From: a virus
DNA: 64,000 nucleotides
Strand: one strand, 5' to 3'
IMG/VR virus record: IMGVR_UViG_3300029923_000015
Span: 14,732-78,731 of that record
The translations under genes were made by a program, and so were the position numbers. Of this stretch, positions 10,000 through 19,541 are shown in pieces; position 1 is the first letter of the stretch, and every line of letters starts with the position of its first letter. A model generated the notes under the pieces. It was given only the letters and a program-made list of their open reading frames with translations, ran no database searches and was not told where the DNA came from.

Positions 10000-10977
10000 A
10001 TGTTACAAAAACCAAATACGGTATTCGTTGCTAAAAAAGTAAACACGGCTGGCACCTCGCTTGTTGCTGGAGACTTAGTGGTAATTAACGCCGAGACTGG
10101 AGCAGTTTCTGCATCTAGTGTAATTACAACTCTTGCTTCTGCCCCAAAATCGATTCAGTTCGGATTTGTTAAAACCGATGGTACTATTGCTAAAACGCAA
10201 GTTATCTCTAGGAAGAATATTACCAACATCGTATACGATGCATATGTTGCAAAAACAGTGGCATCTGCAGTAATTAGTTTTGCTGGAGTTACTCCTGTAA
10301 TCGGTCATCGTTATGTATTGCGTTGTATCTATAGGGATCTATACGAGCATCCTGGACAATTTACTCATTCTTATGAGGTAATAGCAAAGACTACTGTCCC
10401 TGCTGATTTGGCTATTGCTTTTAATGCTTTAATTAATACAAGTTCTAGTGCTCGTGTAACTTCTACTATCGTAGGGAGCATAATAACTCTTACTGCAAAA
10501 AGTGTAACTGATAATGGATTTGGAACTCAAGGTAAAGAGGCAATCACTCCTTATTCTCAAGTTCAATTGAGAGTAGTTGCATATGTTACTGATCCTAAGG
10601 CTAGATTTACAATTAGCGCAAAAGACGCTATTGTTGGATTGACTATAGTTCAGACAGAAAGTCAACCAGGTAAAGGTAATGCTTATATTGTTAGAGATCG
10701 CGAACAAGCTGCTCTTGCGTATAAAGGTATTACTTATCGTACAGAATGGCCAGTAATTAAACCAGAATTAAATGTAGACTTAACTGCTACTTACGATTCT
10801 CTTGTTATTGAATATAGCAAACAATATCAAAGTCCAGACAACCAATATATGAAATCTACTGATTTGGCCGCTGAAATTTATGTTGACCACTCAAATACGG
10901 GTACTCTATCTGCTTTGAATACACTTATTTCTGATTGGGCATCACTAGTTGGACCACAAGGGATACAGGGAGTTTAA
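10000..10977 (+). CDS. Auxiliary capsid / structural protein
   Basis: 325 aa, Thr/Val/Ala-rich and beta-rich. It has highly expressed codon usage and is followed by a strong terminator. Confidence 0.65.
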   Translation: MLQKPNTVFVAKKVNTAGTSLVAGDLVVINAETGAVSASSVITTLASAPKSIQFGFVKTDGTIAKTQVISRKNITNIVYDAYVAKTVASAVISFAGVTPVIGHRYVLRCIYRDLYEHPGQFTHSYEVIAKTTVPADLAIAFNALINTSSSARVTSTIVGSIITLTAKSVTDNGFGTQGKEAITPYSQVQLRVVAYVTDPKARFTISAKDAIVGLTIVQTESQPGKGNAYIVRDREQAALAYKGITYRTEWPVIKPELNVDLTATYDSLVIEYSKQYQSPDNQYMKSTDLAAEIYVDHSNTGTLSALNTLISDWASLVGPQGIQGV

Positions 10978-10993
10978 TTTATTCTATAAAATA

Positions 10994-11030
10994 AAAATAG
11001 GGACGGGTTTAATTAGTCGTCCCTATTTTA
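10994..11030 (+). terminator. Rho-independent terminator
   Basis: AAAATAGGGACG (10994-11005) / CGTCCCTATTTT (11018-11029). Confidence 0.75.
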
Positions 11031-11046
11031 ATATAAAGTCATCAAT

Positions 11047-11412
11047 ATGAAGAGATACCAAGGGGAGGATATTTATTTCTCATTAAATTTTAGTACTTCT
11101 ACGATTCCGGACATAACAAGTTTTAATGATCTGGAAAATATGATAGTCTATGCATATACTCAAAGCGATATTGTTACAAAATTCTCTAGGATAGCAAAAG
11201 AAGGCTATGGCCCACTATTAGATACTAATGGAAATGGATTAACACTTAAAGGCGTTATATCCAGTGATAATACTAAAGATATGCTTGGGCAAATAGTACT
11301 AGACATAATGTGTATAAAATCATCTACGGAAGGAGATCTTACTGAAAATCTAATACAAAAAGCATTAACTGGTATTTTTATTATGCCAAGTGTAATTAAA
11401 GAAGAAGCTTAA
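11047..11412 (+). CDS. Hypothetical Ig-like tail-associated protein
   Basis: 121 aa. The YQGEDIYF start resembles small beta-sandwich proteins that precede fibre genes. TAATG coupling to the next gene. Confidence 0.5.
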   Translation: MKRYQGEDIYFSLNFSTSTIPDITSFNDLENMIVYAYTQSDIVTKFSRIAKEGYGPLLDTNGNGLTLKGVISSDNTKDMLGQIVLDIMCIKSSTEGDLTENLIQKALTGIFIMPSVIKEEA

Positions 11413-12389
11413 TGGATTTAAACGTAGAGATAATCCCCGGAGAGGGGATGTTAGATTTAGATGTTAGTATATCTAATGTAGAGCTATCAGTAGATGTTAT
11501 TATTGGAAGTTCTTATGGTGGCACGACAGAAGAGTTACCGGAAGTATTTATTACTGACGCAGCCCCTACCGAGCATAGTGCAAAAATATGGATAGCAGGA
11601 GAGCCTTCAATAGTAGGAGAGAGCAATTTATATAATTGGTATGCAGTTGCAGATCCAAGGGGTATTGCCCCGATTGGTTGGCATGTCCCATCAATCTCTG
11701 AATGGAAAACTCTATATGACTATGTTGATGATGCAACTGGACTATCGTTAAGGGAGGTTGGATATGATCATTGGCTTGCTAATCAAGGGCCTATTGATTT
11801 CGAACAAGGGACTGATATATATGGATTTAAAGCTATTGCTAATGGAACTTATTATAGAGGGGAGTTCGGGGCTATAAAATACTATAGTTTATACTGGTCT
11901 ACTAGTGAATCTATTACAAATGATAATAGGATTGACGCTGCTATAATAAGCGCTGATTCCATTTTTGGTTTTACTTATGCAAAGAAAGAACCAGCTATAA
12001 CAATTAGATTAATAAGAGATAGTGATAATACTGCTCAAATTGCTACTGATTATGATGGGAATGCGTATCAATCGATAACGATTGGGACTCAGACTTGGCT
12101 TCAAAAAGACTTGAATGTTACACATTATCTTAATGGAGATTTAATAGGGTCTAATTTTAATGGAGTAGATGGCGCATTTATAAAATATAGCGAATCTGGA
12201 CAATCCAGCCTTAAGTATAGAAAAAATAGCAATTGGATAGAATTACATGATTCTCAAAAAGAAGATAAAGGTGTAGTTGCTGATTTGATTAGTAAAATGC
12301 CACTCTCTTTGCCAGAGATTCAAGTATCTAAAGAATCACCTACAGATTTAAATGTTACAATGTGGATTCAGCAAGTTGAAGAACAATAG
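11412..12389 (+). CDS. Putative tail-fibre protein with circularly permuted FISUMP (Fib_succ_major) domain
   Basis: LYNWYAVADPRGIAPIGWHVPSISEWKTL...IRLIRD is followed by DYDGNAYQSITIGTQTWLQKDL. Confidence 0.75.
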   Translation: MDLNVEIIPGEGMLDLDVSISNVELSVDVIIGSSYGGTTEELPEVFITDAAPTEHSAKIWIAGEPSIVGESNLYNWYAVADPRGIAPIGWHVPSISEWKTLYDYVDDATGLSLREVGYDHWLANQGPIDFEQGTDIYGFKAIANGTYYRGEFGAIKYYSLYWSTSESITNDNRIDAAIISADSIFGFTYAKKEPAITIRLIRDSDNTAQIATDYDGNAYQSITIGTQTWLQKDLNVTHYLNGDLIGSNFNGVDGAFIKYSESGQSSLKYRKNSNWIELHDSQKEDKGVVADLISKMPLSLPEIQVSKESPTDLNVTMWIQQVEEQ

Positions 12390-12400
12390 ACAATCATAAT

Positions 12401-14239
12401 ATGAAAAACATACTAAAACAAATACGTAATCCGCAAACTAATCTTTTAGAAGACGTGTTTACTATTCCTGATCCATCCACGTTATTACCTTATGAAAAGA
12501 AAGGAGTTGCTAAAACTTTAGTTGATGCTGAGGGTGTAACTAGACAAGAAGAAGATCAGAATTTGCAAACTCAAATTAATGGCATTGATCAATCTAAATG
12601 GGAACCTGCAACTATTGAGACTAAAACTATAATATATGGTAGATTATATAATTGGTATGCAGCAACTGATCCAAGAGGTATAGCACCTAATGGATGGCAT
12701 GTACCAAGTCAGGAAGAATGGCAAACTTTAATTGATTTTGCTGGTACCCCAATAACGGCCTTTTCTAAATTATCAGAAAGTAGTGATACATATTGGACAG
12801 TAAATGAACAAGTAAGAACCAATGAACTTGGATTTTCAGCGCTACCAGGAGGGTGTATTAATGGAGGGACTGGAAATCCTTTTATATTAGGCTTGGGTGC
12901 TAATTTTATTACTACGACACTACTATCTGATGATTATGAACGAGTAGTAACATTTGGATATAAGGATTATGGTATAACATTTGACCAAGGGAGTACTTTC
13001 TCATTTGGAGGTTCTATCCGACTAATCAAAGACAATTCAATTAACGAAGGTGATGTAATAATAGATGGAGATACTTACCATGCAGTAACAATAGGGGATC
13101 AAGTTTGGTTACAACAGAATCTTGCAGTTAAACATTATCAAAACGGTGATTTAATTGGTTCAGATTTTAGTGGTACAATTGGGGCTGTAACTGCATACAA
13201 TAATGATGAATCAAATGTTTATGATATTGTACAAGTTGAAGATTCAGCTCATATTCAACCCAAGGAATCTAAACGTATAAATGCTAATATAATTGATAAT
13301 TTACCTATAATAGATCCTAATGCAGTTATTGATGAAAATTATGTTCATACAGACAATAATTATACCACTACTGAAAAAAATAAACTTGCTGGAATAAATG
13401 AATATTTTAGAGGAACGTATCCTACATTAACAGACTTAAAAACTGCTATTCCTATAGGATCAGAAGGTAATGAAGCTGTAGTTGATGCAGGAATTGGAAG
13501 TGATCCACAAAAATACATATGGGATGTTTCGGATCAAGATTGGAGGTTAGGAAGCGGGACGGCTATCACAGTAGACCAATCCATTAACGAAGGTTCAGTT
13601 AATCCGGTTTCGGGTGGTTCAGTATTTAGTGGATTAGCGGCAAAGGCAAAGCAGTCATCAACTCATATTAATGATCCAGATGCAATCACAACGGAAAATC
13701 CTTCAGGTGATGTCATTGCAGATGTTGATAGATCAGCTTTTGCACAGGCGTCAATTACAGCGAATTCAGCTGCAACTGACGACGGAAATCATGTGTTTAC
13801 TTTATATTATGCAACTAAAGAAGAAAATGACGCAAAAGAAGATATAGGAGTAGCATCTCAATTAATATCTGAAATTCAATTTTTAGATATATTAGGTTAC
13901 GCTTTATCAGATCAAACAACAGATATTACTACTGGAATAAAAATAACTGATACTATATTAAATACATTCACATTAACAGATATTTTATTAAGCTTATCAA
14001 CTGCTGCTACAGGCGGTATATTTACTGTTAATATCAAAAAAAATGGGGTATCTATATTTACTACCAAAGTAACTATTGATGCAACTGAATTGTCTAATTT
14101 AACAGCTACTACTCCATATGTACTAGTATCAGATTCCACCACACTTATAGTAGGTGATCGTATTGAGATAAGTGTTGATGCTGTAGGAGCGGTTACAACA
14201 GGAAAAGGTGCAATAATTCATATTAAAGGAACATTATAA
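12401..14239 (+). CDS. Putative tail-fibre protein with circularly permuted FISUMP domain and C-terminal beta domain
   Basis: YGRLYNWYAATDPRGIAPNGWHVPS...GFSALPGG...SIRLIKD is followed by DGDTYHAVTIGDQVWLQQNL. It also has an NNYTTTEKNKLAGI fibre repeat and a C-terminal ALSDQTT...KVTIDATE domain. Confidence 0.75.
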   Translation: MKNILKQIRNPQTNLLEDVFTIPDPSTLLPYEKKGVAKTLVDAEGVTRQEEDQNLQTQINGIDQSKWEPATIETKTIIYGRLYNWYAATDPRGIAPNGWHVPSQEEWQTLIDFAGTPITAFSKLSESSDTYWTVNEQVRTNELGFSALPGGCINGGTGNPFILGLGANFITTTLLSDDYERVVTFGYKDYGITFDQGSTFSFGGSIRLIKDNSINEGDVIIDGDTYHAVTIGDQVWLQQNLAVKHYQNGDLIGSDFSGTIGAVTAYNNDESNVYDIVQVEDSAHIQPKESKRINANIIDNLPIIDPNAVIDENYVHTDNNYTTTEKNKLAGINEYFRGTYPTLTDLKTAIPIGSEGNEAVVDAGIGSDPQKYIWDVSDQDWRLGSGTAITVDQSINEGSVNPVSGGSVFSGLAAKAKQSSTHINDPDAITTENPSGDVIADVDRSAFAQASITANSAATDDGNHVFTLYYATKEENDAKEDIGVASQLISEIQFLDILGYALSDQTTDITTGIKITDTILNTFTLTDILLSLSTAATGGIFTVNIKKNGVSIFTTKVTIDATELSNLTATTPYVLVSDSTTLIVGDRIEISVDAVGAVTTGKGAIIHIKGTL

Positions 14240-14263
14240 ATTAAATATATAAATTAAAAAATT

Positions 14264-14845
14264 ATGTTAAAGGGAAGATTAATTCAGTGGAGTGCTGACA
14301 GAATGAGTTTTGAAACATTAAATTATAACCCATGTCCGGTTATGTTAGGTGAACCATTACAAGATATGGGTGAGGGAATAGAGTGGTATGCCGATTATGA
14401 ACCGTTACCTCCAATTGATTACGACCAACGTATTTATATTCGTGTTGTAAAGCAACAACCAACGGAGATACCACATCCGGAGTGGGCAATGTACAAAACT
14501 TTTCAAATCACGTATGACAAAGAAAAACGTTCAATTGAGGACATTATCAAGTCGATTCAGATTGAAGAACAAAATGCCAATGCTGCATTACTCAAGGAAG
14601 CTGAAGAATCAAAACTGAACTTCTTTATGGCTGCCTATACATTAGCTATTGCCCAGGGCGTTGAACCATCTGACGAAGCTAAGAATGCCGAAATACGCCA
14701 CTCAGATGTAACTTACAAAATGGCACAGAATGCAGCCAGGCGTGTTTATTTGATTGATGAATTCACAGCAGGGAATGTCCTCGATATTTCATCAGGTTTT
14801 GAACGTGATAATATCGCTATTGGAAATGCACCTTTTCAAAATTAG
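14264..14845 (+). CDS. Hypothetical protein (possible fibre assembly factor)
   Basis: 193-aa ORF between the fibre gene and the lectin-like gene. Confidence 0.55.
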   Translation: MLKGRLIQWSADRMSFETLNYNPCPVMLGEPLQDMGEGIEWYADYEPLPPIDYDQRIYIRVVKQQPTEIPHPEWAMYKTFQITYDKEKRSIEDIIKSIQIEEQNANAALLKEAEESKLNFFMAAYTLAIAQGVEPSDEAKNAEIRHSDVTYKMAQNAARRVYLIDEFTAGNVLDISSGFERDNIAIGNAPFQN

Positions 14846-14848
14846 ACT

Positions 14849-15577
14849 ATGGGATACGTCAATGATCCACGAAAAAATATTCATAAGATATATACAAAAG
14901 AGATGATAATTAATCCTTATGCATTTGGAAAATCTACACCAGCCATATTGAATGACGGTAATACAGTCGCATGGTGGGATTTTACAGATTTATCAAAGAT
15001 AGAGTTATATGCGAGTGGGAATGATATAAAAACAGTTAACCCAGTAATAGCAGGCCAGGTTCCACTCGCAGGAGATGCTGGGGTAACTCCCACGTGGAGT
15101 ATTAACGGAGCTCTCTTTGACGGAGGAGCTGCTTCCTTACGGAATTCGCAAGAACTTCTTGTTAGTCCTCCTTTTATAATTTATTATGTTATGCGACAAA
15201 TATCTATTATTCCAAATAGGTATAATATGCTCCTGTCAGGTAGTAATGCTTTTCAAAATGGTCAAGAACCAAATACTAACAGGATGTATATGTATGATGG
15301 TTCGAATGTAATTTATGATGGTTATATGCCTCTTAATACATTCTCAATAATAAAATTAGCATGTTATTCTGGCGGAGATTCCTTCGCATCTATTAACGAA
15401 AATAAGACATTAGGGAGCGTAGTAGGTGGAATAACTGATATTACGGTAGGTAAACACGTTAGCAATCAATATGCGAGTAATATTGAGGTAAAGGAAATGA
15501 TCATAAGACGCGTGATTGAAACGTCCCAAAACGAGTCCGATATTTATGCTTATTTAAAAACTAAATATCGTTTATAA
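14849..15577 (+). CDS. LamG/concanavalin A-like putative receptor-binding protein (alternative start 14903, MIINPY)
   Basis: Motifs VAWWDFTD, NGALFDG and IYAYLKTKY resemble LamG-type phage lectin domains. Confidence 0.55.
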   Translation: MGYVNDPRKNIHKIYTKEMIINPYAFGKSTPAILNDGNTVAWWDFTDLSKIELYASGNDIKTVNPVIAGQVPLAGDAGVTPTWSINGALFDGGAASLRNSQELLVSPPFIIYYVMRQISIIPNRYNMLLSGSNAFQNGQEPNTNRMYMYDGSNVIYDGYMPLNTFSIIKLACYSGGDSFASINENKTLGSVVGGITDITVGKHVSNQYASNIEVKEMIIRRVIETSQNESDIYAYLKTKYRL

Positions 15578-15850
15578 TTTTTAGGAGGAATTAAAAAAGC
15601 CTCCATCTCCACTCAACCGGCTCTCACACCGTGCAAATATTTAAGGTACTGATGGAATAACATCTGCATTTAGAGAAAGTAATTTTACTAGAGATATTAA
15701 TCAATATAATGCATTGATAGCAATATTATTAAGTCAAATTTCTATTCTATTTTGTTACTATTTATATTATTTAAATATTGTACTGATAAGCAATGCTATA
15801 ACTCTTTATTTATTAAAAAACCCTTTTAAACAATGGATGACAATTCTTGA

Positions 15851-16180
15851 ATGGATTGCATTTATAACTATAACAATAACTTTATTATGATAACAAATAA
15901 AACAGACATCTCAAAGTTTTCATTTCCAGAAGCTGTAAGTTCAAGCACTGGAAAGACATCAGGCAGCAAAGTCGCCGGAGCAATAGTAGTTGTTACTGGA
16001 TGTATTACATTTGCATCAGCGTCAGTCGCGACTATTCTTAACAATCCATTCGGGATAGCATTAGCAGGGATATGTGCCGGAGTAATTGCTTCTGGATTGG
16101 CTATATTTAGCTATTCAAAAAAGAAGGATATTGATAATAATACCATAACAAAAATCGAAACGTCTCCGATAGAGGATTGA
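15851..16180 (+). CDS. Putative holin (two TM helices)
   Basis: Two hydrophobic segments followed by a basic KKK, at the start of the lysis cluster. The true start may be the second Met. Confidence 0.5.
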   Translation: MDCIYNYNNNFIMITNKTDISKFSFPEAVSSSTGKTSGSKVAGAIVVVTGCITFASASVATILNNPFGIALAGICAGVIASGLAIFSYSKKKDIDNNTITKIETSPIED

Positions 16181-16213
16181 AAATAATCCTAGAATACAAT
16201 AAATTGTTTTATA

Positions 16214-16573
16214 ATGGCACTTAAGAAAGAAGTAAATATAAATAATGAAGAAAATAAGGGTAAAAATAAATCAGAAAAATATATTTATATACACGAATCA
16301 GATTATAAAAAAGACATACTTCCAGTCCAAGGATTAACATTCTCTCAAATATTATCTATGCTTGGCCTACTAGCCCTACTTGGTGCCGCTTGGGTTGATT
16401 TGAGCGTTAAGATGGAGAGAATAGATGTAAAATATGGAGAAAAGACAGAGTTTCTAGAAAAAGGGAGAGAAACGAATGCTAGGGCCATAGAATTAAATAG
16501 AACTGAGAATAAACAAGAACATGCTAAAATGCTTGATAAACTTGACTTATTACTAGAGAGAAGAAAAAATTAA
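16214..16573 (+). CDS. Membrane protein (holin/antiholin-like)
   Basis: One TM segment (ILSMLGLLALLGAAWV) followed by a coiled coil. Confidence 0.5.
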   Translation: MALKKEVNINNEENKGKNKSEKYIYIHESDYKKDILPVQGLTFSQILSMLGLLALLGAAWVDLSVKMERIDVKYGEKTEFLEKGRETNARAIELNRTENKQEHAKMLDKLDLLLERRKN

Positions 16574-16577
16574 AAAT

Positions 16578-17201
16578 ATGTTAAACAAAACAAAATTAAT
16601 ATTATATATAATAGGTGCATTATTTGTTATTGGCTCTGGGCTTGGAATCAAGTTGGCTTATAGCAAATATGTATCTATTGTAAATGAAAGAGACAGTTAC
16701 AGAGGAAATCAAAGAGCGTATGAAGATCTAATATCAGGTAAAACGTCTGAGAATAGGGCTCTAAGGCTTTCTAATGCTGATTTAAGGAACTCAAATGACA
16801 AATTCATACAATCTATCGATTCTGTTAGAAAGTCCTTTAAAGGAGCTAAGAATAAGCCTGGTGATGTTGCTACCGGGATAGGGAGTTCTATCCACACCTC
16901 CACTTCCGTATTACTACAAAATAATGGTGGTTGCGTAGTGGATACTGTCCTATATTTTAATAAATATACTAAAAGTCATATAACTTTAAAAAATAATTTG
17001 TTAAAAGATTCTTTGGATGTAAACAATGTACAGAGTTTATACGTTTACACTACTAGTGAGTACGTTAATACATACAAGAGTGGTTGGATTAGGTTCTGGC
17101 ATTTTGATTGGCATAAGGAAGATGTAGATAGGTATGACATAGATAATACAAATAAACTAATAAAGGTTGACAGCGTTAGGGTATATAAAATAAGGGAATG
17201 A
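16578..17201 (+). CDS. Putative spanin-like lysis protein
   Basis: N-terminal TM anchor plus coiled coil, next to the DUF5675 gene. Confidence 0.45.
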   Translation: MLNKTKLILYIIGALFVIGSGLGIKLAYSKYVSIVNERDSYRGNQRAYEDLISGKTSENRALRLSNADLRNSNDKFIQSIDSVRKSFKGAKNKPGDVATGIGSSIHTSTSVLLQNNGGCVVDTVLYFNKYTKSHITLKNNLLKDSLDVNNVQSLYVYTTSEYVNTYKSGWIRFWHFDWHKEDVDRYDIDNTNKLIKVDSVRVYKIRE

Positions 17202-17202
17202 T

Positions 17203-17634
17203 ATGAAACTAAAATTAATAAGGAAGGCACTAGAGGCTGACTATACTATCGGTGATTTATTGGTAAATGGCATATTTGAATGTAATGTTCTAGAGGATAC
17301 AGTTAGAGACCTTAATAAAGACGGTGATCTTAACGAGAAGGGAGAAACTAAAGTATATGGAAAAACCGCAATACCTTATGGAATCTATACAATTGATTTA
17401 ACATATTCAAATAGATTTAAGAAGATCTTGCCATTACTAGAAGATGTTAATGGATTTGAAGGAATTCGCATACATCCCGGAAATACTGCCGTTGACACTC
17501 ACGGGTGCTTACTCGTTGGTATAAATTCCACAAAAGGAATGGTAACTAATTCTAAAAAGACATTCGACAAATTAATGATAAAATTAGTAGACGCCCATCA
17601 AATGAAAGAAACTATAACCATAGAAATAGCATAA
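17203..17634 (+). CDS. DUF5675-family L,D-peptidase-like putative endolysin
   Basis: TIGDL...LED...KVYGKTAIPYG...GIRIHPGN...THGCLLVG signature. Confidence 0.85.
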   Translation: MKLKLIRKALEADYTIGDLLVNGIFECNVLEDTVRDLNKDGDLNEKGETKVYGKTAIPYGIYTIDLTYSNRFKKILPLLEDVNGFEGIRIHPGNTAVDTHGCLLVGINSTKGMVTNSKKTFDKLMIKLVDAHQMKETITIEIA

Positions 17635-17637
17635 TAA

Positions 17638-18336
17638 ATGATACAATTTAATTCTCTAAATACGATCATAGACGATATCTTATTAGAGTATCGGAATAAT
17701 CAACTAGCAGAAAGCGATCCACTTAGTAGAATTCAAATAGAACAATGGATTATCCACTATCGCGCATTCCTTATAAAACAAGATATAGATAGGGGCAGAG
17801 AAATAAATTCTGCATATGTACAAGAGGTTTTAAATTTGCCTGTTATCTATAAAGATTCGAACGGAGTCACTATTTCTACCTCAAATCTAATAGTCGGAAG
17901 AACTACTGACACTATTCCAAATGGAATAGATTTCCATTTTGCAGACAATATAATATCTATAACAGATAAGTATGATAATCTCATACAATTAACTTCTGAG
18001 CAGAGAGCAAAGATGCAAGTCAATAGGAGGTATACCAATAATAATCCAATGGCATATGAAAGAGATGGTTATATATACGTTGTATGCCAAGGGGATGTTA
18101 AATTTTTAAACATAAAAGGAGTATTTGAGAATCCGTTAGAAGATGTATTCGGACTAAATGCAGATGATCAATATCCAATTCCAGTAAATATGATCCCAAC
18201 ACTAAAGGATCTAATAATGACTAAAGAGTTAGATATAGTAGCGTTGTCTGATCTCTCAAATGATTCTTCAAATGATTTAGCAAAAGCGACACTAAACGCA
18301 AGAGACTATAAAAAACTATCACGTGGTATCAAATAA
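17638..18336 (+). CDS. crAss-like ring/structural protein
   Basis: 232 aa with QIEQWIIHYRAFLIKQ and GVFENP...YPIP motifs, in the conserved position upstream of the IHF-like gene. Confidence 0.65.
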   Translation: MIQFNSLNTIIDDILLEYRNNQLAESDPLSRIQIEQWIIHYRAFLIKQDIDRGREINSAYVQEVLNLPVIYKDSNGVTISTSNLIVGRTTDTIPNGIDFHFADNIISITDKYDNLIQLTSEQRAKMQVNRRYTNNNPMAYERDGYIYVVCQGDVKFLNIKGVFENPLEDVFGLNADDQYPIPVNMIPTLKDLIMTKELDIVALSDLSNDSSNDLAKATLNARDYKKLSRGIK

Positions 18337-18775
18337 ACATCAATCATATACGCTGGAAGACTACTTTAATTCCTATAAGGAATATACTAGTGGCAATCCG
18401 GCGTATACTGTTTCAAGGAAACAATTCAATTCTTTGCTTAAGGATTACTTTAAATTTCTATCGGCGGAATTGATAGATAACTCAAAAGAAATAAGATTAC
18501 CTGCAAGGATGGGTACGTTAGTAGTAACCAAGAAGAAGCCAAAAAGATATGATTTTACTTATTTGCGAGTCGACTTTCACAGTACAAAAGAGTCAGAAAA
18601 AACCATATTACATCTAAATGAACATTCCGATGGATATAACTTTAGATTCCATTGGTGCAAGAAGGACATGCTAATAAGTAATAAAAATATGTATGAATTA
18701 GTTATGTCTAGGGCAAACAAAAGGAGACTAGCTTACATGATAAAAGTAGAACACAAAGATTATATAGAGAAATAA
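18323..18775 (+). CDS. IHF/HU-like DNA-binding protein (crAss tail-module IHF)
   Basis: EIRLPARMGTL and HLNEHSDGYNFRFHW motifs, plus conserved synteny before the tail tube gene. Confidence 0.75.
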   Translation: MVSNKHQSYTLEDYFNSYKEYTSGNPAYTVSRKQFNSLLKDYFKFLSAELIDNSKEIRLPARMGTLVVTKKKPKRYDFTYLRVDFHSTKESEKTILHLNEHSDGYNFRFHWCKKDMLISNKNMYELVMSRANKRRLAYMIKVEHKDYIEK

Positions 18776-18776
18776 T

Positions 18777-19541
18777 ATGGTTTATAAAATGATCAGCGTG
18801 CAGCAGGTAATAGCAAAGGTATTGTCCGACTTGGATATAAGAGAAGAGGCTATAAGGATATCAGACTGTATTGAGTGGGCCTCAGAGGCTGTTGAGAAGA
18901 TAGGATCAGTGAAGCAATTAAACAGAAAGGTTTCTGGAACAAATGGACTTGGGGTATTGCCAATAGTTGGTCATCAGGTACAAATACCATTTGATTTACA
19001 CCGACTAAATAGTGTTGCGTGGTCTAGAACTGGTACCGGAAATTGGCATCCAATGACTTTGGCTACCGGAGCATTTAGCGTCTGGTCTGCAAAAGATATT
19101 AAAAATACAGTGGATACGTCTATGGGTCCAGGGATTCTAAATCAAGAATTAAAGTACTCCATAAAGCCGAGGTATATAATGACAAATGTAGAAGATGGAT
19201 TCTTGAAATTAAGTTACGACTCCATACCTTTGGATGAAAATGGATATCCATTAATACCAGATATTATATCATATATAGAAGCTATATATTGGTATATTAC
19301 TGTTAAGTTAAAATATCCAGATTATATGGCCGGAAGACTTAATAGAGAAGTATATTATGATATGCGTAGATCATGGAATTTTTATTGTAAGCAAGCATAT
19401 GGTGATTCACTAATGCCTACTTCTGACGAAATGGAGACTATAAAAAATAATTGGACAAAATTAGTTCCAGATGTATATGCCAATAATAATTTTTATGATA
19501 CTATTGGAGATATTCAGGTAATTAAAACACAGAATAACTAA
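18777..19541 (+). CDS. Tail tubular protein (P22 gp4-like)
   Basis: IEWASEA, DENGYPLIPD and WNFYCKQAY motifs, plus synteny. Confidence 0.75.
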   Translation: MVYKMISVQQVIAKVLSDLDIREEAIRISDCIEWASEAVEKIGSVKQLNRKVSGTNGLGVLPIVGHQVQIPFDLHRLNSVAWSRTGTGNWHPMTLATGAFSVWSAKDIKNTVDTSMGPGILNQELKYSIKPRYIMTNVEDGFLKLSYDSIPLDENGYPLIPDIISYIEAIYWYITVKLKYPDYMAGRLNREVYYDMRRSWNFYCKQAYGDSLMPTSDEMETIKNNWTKLVPDVYANNNFYDTIGDIQVIKTQNN

